A stretch of DNA of 24,000 bases from an uncultured Megasphaera sp. (GCF_958350005.1 NZ_CATWFF010000001.1:6616-30615); one strand, 5' to 3'. Positions 17,376 through 24,000 are shown, counted from the stretch's first letter. Numbers and translations are program-made. The notes: generated by a model from the sequence alone, not told the origin.

Positions 17376-19817
17376 ATGTCTCGTTTTATGAATAACCTGA
17401 AGCGGCGCGTAGCCAAAAAAGTAAAAAGAATTGTGTTGCCTGAATCGCACAGCCGCCGTGTACTGCAGGCCGTAGAAATGGTGCAGACCGAAGGGTTTGC
17501 CCGTCCTATTCTGGTCGGCAGGCCTCACGAACTGATTGAGCGGGCCGGAGAATACCAGATCGATCTGGACGGCATAGAAATTATCGATCCGGAAACGTAT
17601 CCCATGCTGGACAAATTCAGCAAGTATTATGCAGAAAAATCCAGCAAAGGCAGTATGTCGGAAGAAGAAGCACGGACCATATTGCTGCAGAATCCTATTC
17701 GCTTCGGTGCCTGTCTGGTAGCCTTTGATATTGCTGACGGCATGGTAGCCGGCATTACTGATCCGTCATCAGAAGTCCTTCATGCATCGCTCCAGCTCAT
17801 TGGCGTACACCCTGGCGTAACCACTGTCAGCAGTACGATGATCATGATTACCGATAAGCCCCAGTTTGGCGATGACGGTATTTTTGTTATCGGCGACCCT
17901 GACGTCATTATCGAGCCGACGGCGCAGCAGCTGGCCGATATTGCCGCCAACTGCGTGGAACGGGCCCGCCGGACCGTACAGATTCTGGACCCGCGGGTAG
18001 CGCTCCTTTCGTATTCCACCATGGGCAGCGGCGAAGGTGAGGAAGTAGATCGCGTACGGGAAGCAGTCCAGCTCCTGCGGGACCGGAACGTAGATTTTGC
18101 CTTTGACGGTGAACTGCAGCTGGATACGGCCATTGTTCCCCGTATTGCCCAGAATAAAGCTCCCGATTCTGCCGTAGCCGGCCAGGCCAATATTCTGATT
18201 TTCCCAAACCTGTCGGCTGCCAATGTGAGCTACAAAATGCTGAAATACTTATACGACGCCCAGGCTGTCGGTCCTATGCTGCAGGGGCTGAAAAAGCCGG
18301 TTATGGACTTGCCCCGCGGCTGTTCGCCTGAAGATATTGTCGATGTCATGGCTGTCTGCTGCAGTGATGCCATCTATATGGAAGAAGAACGGAAGCGGGA
18401 TATTGAGTTTACGAGCCGCTTTGAAAAACTCGATCGCCGCGTAGCTATTGCCAAGCATAATGTGTCTATTCAGTTCGACGAAAGCAAGTGTAAGAACTGC
18501 ACCCTGTGCCGCCGCCGCTGTGCTGATGTCATGACCATTACGGGGTATTATTCGCTGGAAAGTACGGGAGACAAGCCTATTTGCGTCAACTGCGGCCAAT
18601 GTGCCCTGACCTGTGTGTTTGATGCTACTAATGGCGTATCGCAAAGTGAGTTCATCCAGCGGGATATAGACGATCCTGACAAGATTGTTATTTTCCAGAC
18701 CGCACCGGCCGTGCGCGTGGCGTTGGGCGAAGAATTCGGCATGCCTTACGGCTCCATGGTGCAGGGGAAACTGATCGCTGCTCTGCGGGCTTTAGGCGGA
18801 GACTATGTATTTGACACTAACTTTGGTGCCGATTTGACGATTATGGAAGAAGCGTCAGAGCTGCTGGACCGACTGGAAAATAAAAAGAAACTGCTGCCCC
18901 AGTTTACGAGCTGCTGCCCGTCATGGGTGGAATTTACGGAAATTTTCTTCCCCGAACTGATTCCCCATTTGTCGACGGCAAAAAGTCCGATCAGCATGCT
19001 CAGTTCCATGATTAAGACCTATTTTGCCGATCGAAAACACCTGGACCCGAAGAAGATCGTTACTGTCTGCGTTACGCCGTGTACGGCAAAGAAAGCGGAA
19101 ATTGAACGGCCTGAACATAATGCAGCCGGCAGATACTGGGATCAGCCGGAAATCCGCGATACTGACTACTGCATTACGACGCGGGAACTGGCCAACTGGA
19201 TGCGTAGCCGAAACATTGACTTTAACAGCCTGGAAGACTCGGCGTATGATTCCGTATTCGGCGAATCGTCAGGTGCCGGCATGATTTTCGGCGCCAGCGG
19301 CGGCGTGATGGAAGCAGCGCTGCGGACGCTGGTATATCTGGATACGGGCCGGGTTGCCGATAAGAACTTCCTGAACTTTACGCCTGTTCGTGGATTAGAC
19401 GGCGTCAAAGAAGCATCCATTACGTTCCGCAACGATATTATCCGCGTTGCCGCCATCAGCGGGCTAGGGAATGCCCGCAAGATTATGAACGTGCTGAAAG
19501 AAAATCACTCGTGGAAGAAGTATGCTTTCATTGAAGTCATGGCCTGCCCGGGCGGCTGCATTGGCGGCGGCGGCCAGCCGCGGACGAAGATGCCCCAGGA
19601 AATTACGGCCAAGAGAGCCCGTATCGAATCGGTATATGCCCTGGACCGGGAAAATATTATCCATTCGAGCTGGCAGAATCAGGAACTGAGCCAGCTCTAT
19701 GCCCGATTCCTGGATAAGCCCCTGAGTGAACGGGCTGAGCAGCTGCTGCACACGCAGTATGTCAATAAACACTATATGTTAGGGAGAGAAGACAATGTAG
19801 AACCGATCAGTTCGTGA
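17376..19817 (+). CDS. Fusion protein: N-terminal phosphate acetyl/butyryltransferase (PTA_PTB) domain plus C-terminal M2-type [FeFe]-hydrogenase, copy 1
   Basis: 813 aa from the ATG at 17376, which has AAGAAGGTG 6 nt upstream and gives the same MSRFMNNLKRR N-terminus as the paralog. PTA motifs: IVLPES, ADGMVAG, LLSYSTMGSG, DGELQLD, VAGQANILIFPNL, MDLPRGCSPEDIVD. Hydrogenase motifs: CKNCTLCRRRC and CVNCGQCALTC; FDTNFGADLTIMEE; FTSCCPSW; TPCTAKKAE; EVMACPGGCIGGGGQP; small-subunit-like tail LLHTQYVNKHY. Confidence 0.9.
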   Translation: MSRFMNNLKRRVAKKVKRIVLPESHSRRVLQAVEMVQTEGFARPILVGRPHELIERAGEYQIDLDGIEIIDPETYPMLDKFSKYYAEKSSKGSMSEEEARTILLQNPIRFGACLVAFDIADGMVAGITDPSSEVLHASLQLIGVHPGVTTVSSTMIMITDKPQFGDDGIFVIGDPDVIIEPTAQQLADIAANCVERARRTVQILDPRVALLSYSTMGSGEGEEVDRVREAVQLLRDRNVDFAFDGELQLDTAIVPRIAQNKAPDSAVAGQANILIFPNLSAANVSYKMLKYLYDAQAVGPMLQGLKKPVMDLPRGCSPEDIVDVMAVCCSDAIYMEEERKRDIEFTSRFEKLDRRVAIAKHNVSIQFDESKCKNCTLCRRRCADVMTITGYYSLESTGDKPICVNCGQCALTCVFDATNGVSQSEFIQRDIDDPDKIVIFQTAPAVRVALGEEFGMPYGSMVQGKLIAALRALGGDYVFDTNFGADLTIMEEASELLDRLENKKKLLPQFTSCCPSWVEFTEIFFPELIPHLSTAKSPISMLSSMIKTYFADRKHLDPKKIVTVCVTPCTAKKAEIERPEHNAAGRYWDQPEIRDTDYCITTRELANWMRSRNIDFNSLEDSAYDSVFGESSGAGMIFGASGGVMEAALRTLVYLDTGRVADKNFLNFTPVRGLDGVKEASITFRNDIIRVAAISGLGNARKIMNVLKENHSWKKYAFIEVMACPGGCIGGGGQPRTKMPQEITAKRARIESVYALDRENIIHSSWQNQELSQLYARFLDKPLSERAEQLLHTQYVNKHYMLGREDNVEPISS

Positions 19818-19832
19818 AAGAAGGAATGACGT

Positions 19833-22262
19833 ATGTCACGGTTCATGAATAATCTGAAGAGACGTGTAGGGAGACAGCAGAAAAAAATCGTCCTGCCTGA
19901 ATCGGACAGCCGCCGGATACTTCAGGCTGTCGATCAAATTGAAACGGAAGGGTTTGCCAAGACGGTCCTCGTCGGCAAACCGCGGCAGCTGATGGAACGG
20001 GCCTTTAAATACCAGATCGACCTGGACGGCGTAGAAATTATTGATCCGGAAACGTATCCCATGCTGGATACATTCAGCCGCTTTTATGCAGAGAAGCGCC
20101 GCAAGAAGGGCATGACTGTTTCCCAGGCCCGGGAAATTCTTTTAACAGATTACATTTGCTTTGGCGCGTGCCTCGTGGCTTTTGATATTGTTGACGGCAT
20201 GGTTGGCGGGGCGACGGTGCCGTCAGCCGATCTGATTCGGGCAGCCCTGCAGATTGTCGGCATGCATCCTGGTATTTCCACGGTCAGCAGTTCCTTCATT
20301 ATCATTACGGACAAGCCCCAGTTTGGCGACGACGGCATTTTCGTCCTTGGCGATGCCAGCGTCGTCATTGAGCCGACGGCACAGCAGCTGGCCGATATTA
20401 CGGTAAACTGTGTACACCGGGCGCGGCGTACGGTGCAGACCCTGGACCCGAAGGCGGCGCTCCTGTCGTATTCGACCCTGGGAAGCGGATCAGGAGAACA
20501 GGTGGACCGTGTGCGGGAAGCGGCCAGGCTGCTGCGGGACCGGAATGTGGATTTTGATTTCGACGGCGAGCTCCAGTCCGATGCGGCCATTATTCCCCGC
20601 GTTGCCCGCTACAAAGCGCCGGGTTCAACCGTTGCCGGTCAGGCTAATGTTCTGGTATTTCCCAATCTGGAGTCCGGCAATATTTGCTATAAGATTTTGC
20701 AGCATCTCTATGGCGCCATCGCCTTGGGGCCTCTTCTGGAAGGGACGGCCAAACCTATTATGGATCTGTCCCGGGGATGCTCTGCTGAAGATATTGTCGA
20801 TATTGTGGCTATTTGCTGCAGCGATGCCATTTATCAGGATGCCGAACGGCGGCGGGATCAGGATTTTACCAGCCATTTTGCCATGCTCGATCATCGCGTG
20901 GCTGTGGATGAACATAATATATCCATTCGCTTTGACGGAACAAAGTGCCAGAACTGCTCCCTTTGCCGCCGCCGCTGTGCAGAGGTTATGACGGTGACGG
21001 GATATTATTCCCTGGCCAGCACAGGAGACACGCCGATCTGCGTGCACTGCGGACAGTGTTCGCTGGTCTGCCCCTTTGGCGCAACCAAGAGCATTTCTCA
21101 GGAAACCTATATCGAGCAGGCTATGGCAGATCCCGATAAAATCGTCGTATTCCAGACCGGTGCCGCTGTACGGGTGGCCCTGGGAGAAGAGTTCGGCCTG
21201 CCTTATGGAACGAATGTGGAAGATAAGCTTATTGGAGCCCTGCGGGAACTGGGCGGCGATTACGTCTTTGATACCAATGCAGCCTCTGATATTGCCGTCA
21301 TGGAAGAAGTGGCCGAACTGCGGCAGCGCCTGAAGGAACACCGGGAATTGACGCCCATGTTTACCAGTGTCTGCCCGTCGTGGATTGAATTTATGGAAAT
21401 CTTTTTCCCTGAACTGCTTCCTCATTTGTCAACAGCTAAAAGCCCTACGAGCATGATGGGCGCTGTCATTAAAACGTACCTTGCCAAAACCCTTCATGTC
21501 GATCCGGAACGGATCGTTACGGTCAGCATTACGCCGTGTACGGCAAAAAAAGCGGAAATCTCCCGGCCGGAACGCAATGCTGCCGGCCAGTTCTGGCAGA
21601 AACCGGATATGCGGGATACCGATTACTGCCTGACCGTGCGGGAACTGGCCAACTGGATGCGAAGAAAAGACATGAACCTGACCGATATGCCGGCTTCACA
21701 GTATGATGCGCCGTTTCACAGGGCATCTGGCGGGGCTATGCTGGTCGGCGCCAGCGGCGGCATGATGGAAGCGATGATGCGGACCTTTGCCTATGAAGAG
21801 ACAGGCAAAGTCGATGAGGAATTTCTGCATTTCACGCCTGTCCGCGGACTGACTGGCGTGAAAGAAGCATCTGTTTCCATTGGAGATGCCCTCTTCCGCG
21901 TCGCCGTCGTCAGCGGCCTGGGAAATGCCAGGGCCTTTATTAATCGCCTGAAAGAAAAACATTCGTGGAAAAAATATACGTGTATTGAAATCATGGCCTG
22001 TCCTGGCGGCTGTATTGGCGGCGGCGGCCAGCCCAGAACGGAAATGGCCGATGAAATACCGGCCAAGCGGGCCCGCATGGAAGCCATCTATCAGGCTGAT
22101 GCCAATAATCCGCGTCATGGCAGCTGGCAGGATGAAGCAGTCCGGGATGTCTATGCCGGCTTTTTAGGCGAGCCCCTGGGACCTGCGGCGCATGCGCTGC
22201 TGCATACGCAGTTTATTAACAAGCACTATCTGCTGGGAAAAGAAGACCGCGTTTCGCCCTGA
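19833..22262 (+). CDS. Fusion protein: N-terminal PTA_PTB domain plus C-terminal M2-type [FeFe]-hydrogenase-like domain, copy 2 (L1 motif TSVCP)
   Basis: 809 aa, 15 nt downstream of copy 1, with an AAGAAGGAA RBS. Collinear with copy 1, roughly two-thirds identical by eye. PTA motif MDLSRGCSAEDIVD is intact. Hydrogenase motifs: CQNCSLCRRRC, CVHCGQCSLVCP, FTSVCPSW (Val replaces the first Cys), TPCTAKKAE, EIMACPGGCIGGGGQP. Confidence 0.9.
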   Translation: MSRFMNNLKRRVGRQQKKIVLPESDSRRILQAVDQIETEGFAKTVLVGKPRQLMERAFKYQIDLDGVEIIDPETYPMLDTFSRFYAEKRRKKGMTVSQAREILLTDYICFGACLVAFDIVDGMVGGATVPSADLIRAALQIVGMHPGISTVSSSFIIITDKPQFGDDGIFVLGDASVVIEPTAQQLADITVNCVHRARRTVQTLDPKAALLSYSTLGSGSGEQVDRVREAARLLRDRNVDFDFDGELQSDAAIIPRVARYKAPGSTVAGQANVLVFPNLESGNICYKILQHLYGAIALGPLLEGTAKPIMDLSRGCSAEDIVDIVAICCSDAIYQDAERRRDQDFTSHFAMLDHRVAVDEHNISIRFDGTKCQNCSLCRRRCAEVMTVTGYYSLASTGDTPICVHCGQCSLVCPFGATKSISQETYIEQAMADPDKIVVFQTGAAVRVALGEEFGLPYGTNVEDKLIGALRELGGDYVFDTNAASDIAVMEEVAELRQRLKEHRELTPMFTSVCPSWIEFMEIFFPELLPHLSTAKSPTSMMGAVIKTYLAKTLHVDPERIVTVSITPCTAKKAEISRPERNAAGQFWQKPDMRDTDYCLTVRELANWMRRKDMNLTDMPASQYDAPFHRASGGAMLVGASGGMMEAMMRTFAYEETGKVDEEFLHFTPVRGLTGVKEASVSIGDALFRVAVVSGLGNARAFINRLKEKHSWKKYTCIEIMACPGGCIGGGGQPRTEMADEIPAKRARMEAIYQADANNPRHGSWQDEAVRDVYAGFLGEPLGPAAHALLHTQFINKHYLLGKEDRVSP

Positions 22263-22275
22263 TAGGCCGGACTAT

Positions 22276-22305
22276 TGACACCGGCGCGCATGGCCACGTA
22301 TAATA
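22276..22305 (+). promoter_or_regulatory. Near-consensus sigma-70 promoter driving the structured RNA
   Basis: -35 TTGACA (22276-22281), 18-nt spacer, -10 TATAAT (22300-22305). It starts 14 nt after the copy-2 stop codon. Confidence 0.6.
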
Positions 22306-22310
22306 AACAG

Positions 22311-22513
22311 GACATGTGCTGTGGTTGAAAGTCGATGCCAGTCGCAGGCAAAGCGATCCACGTAAGGGATGCAAAGTCATCCTGATCATAGTGCGGCCTA
22401 GACGTAAGACCTGCCGCAAAAAGCGAGAGAAGCAGTAGTGGGGGATGCAGACCATCTAGGAGCGAACCTTCCAGCAGGCGAGTGTGGGGGTAAAAACCAG
22501 GTCAGACATGTCC
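22311..22513 (+). ncRNA. Unassigned structured RNA of about 203 nt (family not determined)
   Basis: No plausible ORF. The predicted TSS is 6-7 nt after the -10. The 5' GGACAUGU pairs with the 3' ACAUGUCC (22506-22513), extended by CUG/CAG and UGGUU/AACCA. Internal hairpins lie at 22332-22358, 22368-22383, 22394-22418, 22444-22458 and 22460-22473. A terminator follows directly. Confidence 0.6.
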
Positions 22514-22518
22514 GTATA

Positions 22519-22567
22519 CAGAAACGCTTCGCAGCACAACAGGCTGTGAAGCGTTTCTGTGTGTTTC
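22519..22567 (+). terminator. Rho-independent terminator after the structured RNA
   Basis: 17-bp stem CAGAAACGCTTCGCAGC / GCTGTGAAGCGTTTCTG with one G-U pair, 7-nt loop, then TGTGTTTC. The U-tract is modest. On the opposite strand the hairpin is followed by TATAC, so + orientation is favoured. Confidence 0.65.
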
Positions 22568-22627
22568 AGGATATATTCATCATTTGGCAGCTGCGCTTGT
22601 TAAGGAGGCAAAATTAATCCTTTATTT

Positions 22628-22655
22628 TTGCTTGATGTTTTTTTACTGATATAGT
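22628..22655 (+). promoter_or_regulatory. Candidate promoter for the thioesterase / acyl-CoA dehydrogenase genes
   Basis: -35 TTGCTT (22628-22633), 16-nt spacer, -10 TATAGT (22650-22655), in an AT-rich stretch. Confidence 0.4.
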
Positions 22656-22704
22656 AAAATGTAAAAGTGTTTATATTCAGCGGCCTGAAGGAGTGATGCT
22701 GCCG

Positions 22705-23157
22705 ATGCAGGCAGATGTAGCAGCAGTGGACAGAGAATTGCATAAAAATCCTTTTGATCGTTTTATGGATTTTCACATCGCCAAAGCCGATGAAGAAAGT
22801 ACGGTTCTCGTGTTTCAGAATAGAGGGTCATCGTGGGAAAATCCCAATGGCACACTCTATGGCGGCGTCTTGTATGCCATGGCAGACTCGGCGATGGAAA
22901 TTGCCTGTGCAGTCTGCGGCAATGCCGTCCTTACCCTGGATCTGGGAATGAACTATCTGCGCCCGGCTTTTTCCGATACGACGATTCGGGCAGAAGTAAA
23001 GATCATCCACAAAGGGCATACGACGATGGTGGCATTGTGCGATTTCTATGATAACCAGGAACGGTATCTGGCACACGGCAAGGGAACGTTTTTCGTAACC
23101 GGCCCGTTTGTATTTGGAGGTGAAGACACCGATGCTGACGGACAGACGGCGCAGTGA
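22705..23157 (+). CDS. PaaI/4HBT-type hotdog-fold acyl-CoA thioesterase, copy 1
   Basis: Hotdog thioesterase pattern NPNGTLYGGVLYAMADSAMEIA followed by a long central-helix and beta-sheet region. The start is uncertain. ATG 22705 lies 11 nt after AAGGAG. ATG 22696 and GTG 22693 sit too close to or inside the SD. Confidence 0.78.
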   Translation: MQADVAAVDRELHKNPFDRFMDFHIAKADEESTVLVFQNRGSSWENPNGTLYGGVLYAMADSAMEIACAVCGNAVLTLDLGMNYLRPAFSDTTIRAEVKIIHKGHTTMVALCDFYDNQERYLAHGKGTFFVTGPFVFGGEDTDADGQTAQ

Positions 23158-23575
23158 TGAAGCACTTCGCAGGCGGCTGCGAAATATTCAGCAGGGCATA
23201 TTCAGCCGAACGCCATATTTTCGCAATTTACCTTCAGAAATCGAAGACATTGATGAAGGGTGGGTACGTTTGGGCTTTGATATTTCTCCTCACCTGTGCA
23301 ACTATCGGGGTATAGCGTCAGGAGGGGTCCTGGCTGCGTTTTGCGATACCCTTATGGGGATGGCCAGCCGTACGCTGGGATATAAGGTGACGACGCTGGA
23401 AATTAATATGAACTATATCCGCCGCGTCCCGTCCGGCTGCCGCATTACCGGCATTGGTCAGGTCGTCCATCACGGCGGCAAGACCATTGTGGCAGAATGC
23501 GAATGCTTTGACGAAGATGGCGGTATTGTAGTGAAAGGCCGTTCTTCTTTTTACGTTTTGGGACGGTTGGACTAG
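23132..23575 (+). CDS. PaaI/4HBT-type hotdog-fold acyl-CoA thioesterase, copy 2
   Basis: NYRGIASGGVLAAFCDTLMGMA core. ATG 23132 has GGAGGTG 9 nt upstream, whereas the ORF-track start at 23108 is a TTG without an SD. Overlaps copy 1 by 26 nt. Confidence 0.78.
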   Translation: MLTDRRRSDEALRRRLRNIQQGIFSRTPYFRNLPSEIEDIDEGWVRLGFDISPHLCNYRGIASGGVLAAFCDTLMGMASRTLGYKVTTLEINMNYIRRVPSGCRITGIGQVVHHGGKTIVAECECFDEDGGIVVKGRSSFYVLGRLD

Positions 23576-23609
23576 ATATGTATTTAACAGGGAAGGTTGG
23601 TTAAACAGG

Positions 23610-24000
23610 ATGGATTTTGGATATAACGAAGAACAGCAGGAACTGATCAAGGTTGTTCGTGATTTAGTGGAAAAGGAAATCGTACCGTATGCAGCTGAAA
23701 TGGATGAAACAGGCAAACTGCATGAAGGATTGCTGGAAAAACTGGCAGCTCAGGGACTTCTCGGCGTGGCGATTCCGGAAGAATTCGGCGGTGCCGGACT
23801 GGATGCCGTAACGATTGCTGCTATTTATGAAGAACTCGGCAAGGGCTGTGCCGGCGTAGCAACGACAGTTGCTGCCAATGCGCTGGCTTCGTATCCTGTT
23901 ATTATTGCCGGCAATGACGACCAGAAAAAGCGGTATTTTGATATTATTAATGAAGATAATCTGGCTGCCTTTGCTCTGACCGAACCGGGAACCGGTTCTG
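23610..24000 (+). CDS. Acyl-CoA dehydrogenase (butyryl-CoA dehydrogenase-like), 5' partial, runs off the window
   Basis: My own translation gives MDFGYNEEQQELIKVVRDLVEKEIVPYAAEMDETGKL...GLLGVAIPEEFGGAGLD...AFALTEPGTGS. This matches the ACAD N-terminal domain pattern, including the conserved FALTEP segment. The ORF is open to the window end and is absent from the ORF track because it has no stop. Confidence 0.88.
   Translation, partial: MDFGYNEEQQELIKVVRDLVEKEIVPYAAEMDETGKLHEGLLEKLAAQGLLGVAIPEEFGGAGLDAVTIAAIYEELGKGCAGVATTVAANALASYPVIIAGNDDQKKRYFDIINEDNLAAFALTEPGTGS

Noticed and set aside
22216-22455. A 79-aa minus-strand ORF spanning the end of hydrogenase copy 2 and the structured RNA region.
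   Set aside because: It overlaps a well-supported CDS and the promoter and RNA on the other strand. It has no RBS and no recognisable sequence family.
22311-22513. Assigning the structured RNA to the cobalamin riboswitch, SRP RNA or T-box families.
   Set aside because: - Cobalamin: only the 3' half of the B12 box and a CCACGUAAG-like segment match. AGGGAA, GCCACUG and the enclosing long-range helix are absent. The B12-box-like segment pairs locally instead.
- SRP: there is no GGAA-capped helix-8 motif (GUCAGGUCCGGAAGGAAGCAGC).
- T-box: there is no T-box sequence or specifier architecture.

The RNA is left unassigned pending a covariance-model search.
22601-22620. A strong SD-like TAAGGAGG (22601-22608) between the RNA terminator and the thioesterase promoter, which could mark a small ORF.
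   Set aside because: No ATG, GTG or TTG lies at a usable distance. The only in-range triplet is ATT at 4 nt, which would give a 13-codon frame. This is not supportable as a gene.
1-24000. Scan of the whole window for CRISPR arrays, IS or transposase genes, integrases, tRNA/rRNA genes and defence-system genes.
   Set aside because: None found. The only large repeat is the tandem gene duplication at 17376-22262. No direct-repeat/spacer arrays or terminal inverted repeats were seen by eye.

Overview
This window is one co-directional block: 21 CDS and one candidate ncRNA, all on the + strand. I saw no mobile elements, CRISPR arrays, tRNAs or rRNAs.

**Layout**
- 70-10882: a division/cell-wall (dcw) cluster, murE-murF-mraY-murD-murG-murC-ddl-ftsQ-ftsZ. 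ftsW and ftsA are missing from their usual slots.
- 10971-16519: a tightly overlapping operon, nrdR-hldE-hldD-gmhB plus two GT9 heptosyltransferases (ADP-heptose and LPS inner core).
- 16563-17144: a small beta-barrel outer-membrane protein with its own promoter and terminator.
- Together these point to a diderm Firmicute, Negativicutes and Megasphaera-like. This is inference only.

**Most unusual content (17.3-22.3 kb)**
- Two tandem paralogous genes of about 810 aa each fuse a complete phosphotransacetylase-family (PTA_PTB) domain to an M2-type [FeFe]-hydrogenase. The hydrogenase part has two 4Fe-4S motifs and all H-cluster cysteines.
- The paralogs carry reciprocal substitutions at key motif positions. 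Copy 1 has Pro in place of the Pta DLSRG Ser. Copy 2 has Val in place of the first Cys of TSCCP.
- I do not know of a characterised PTA-hydrogenase fusion.

**Downstream of the fusions**
- A roughly 203-nt structured RNA follows directly, with a near-consensus promoter and its own terminator. I cannot assign it to a family.
- Next come two overlapping PaaI-type hotdog thioesterases and the 5' end of an acyl-CoA dehydrogenase.

All functional calls come from reading motifs in the translations. No database search was possible.
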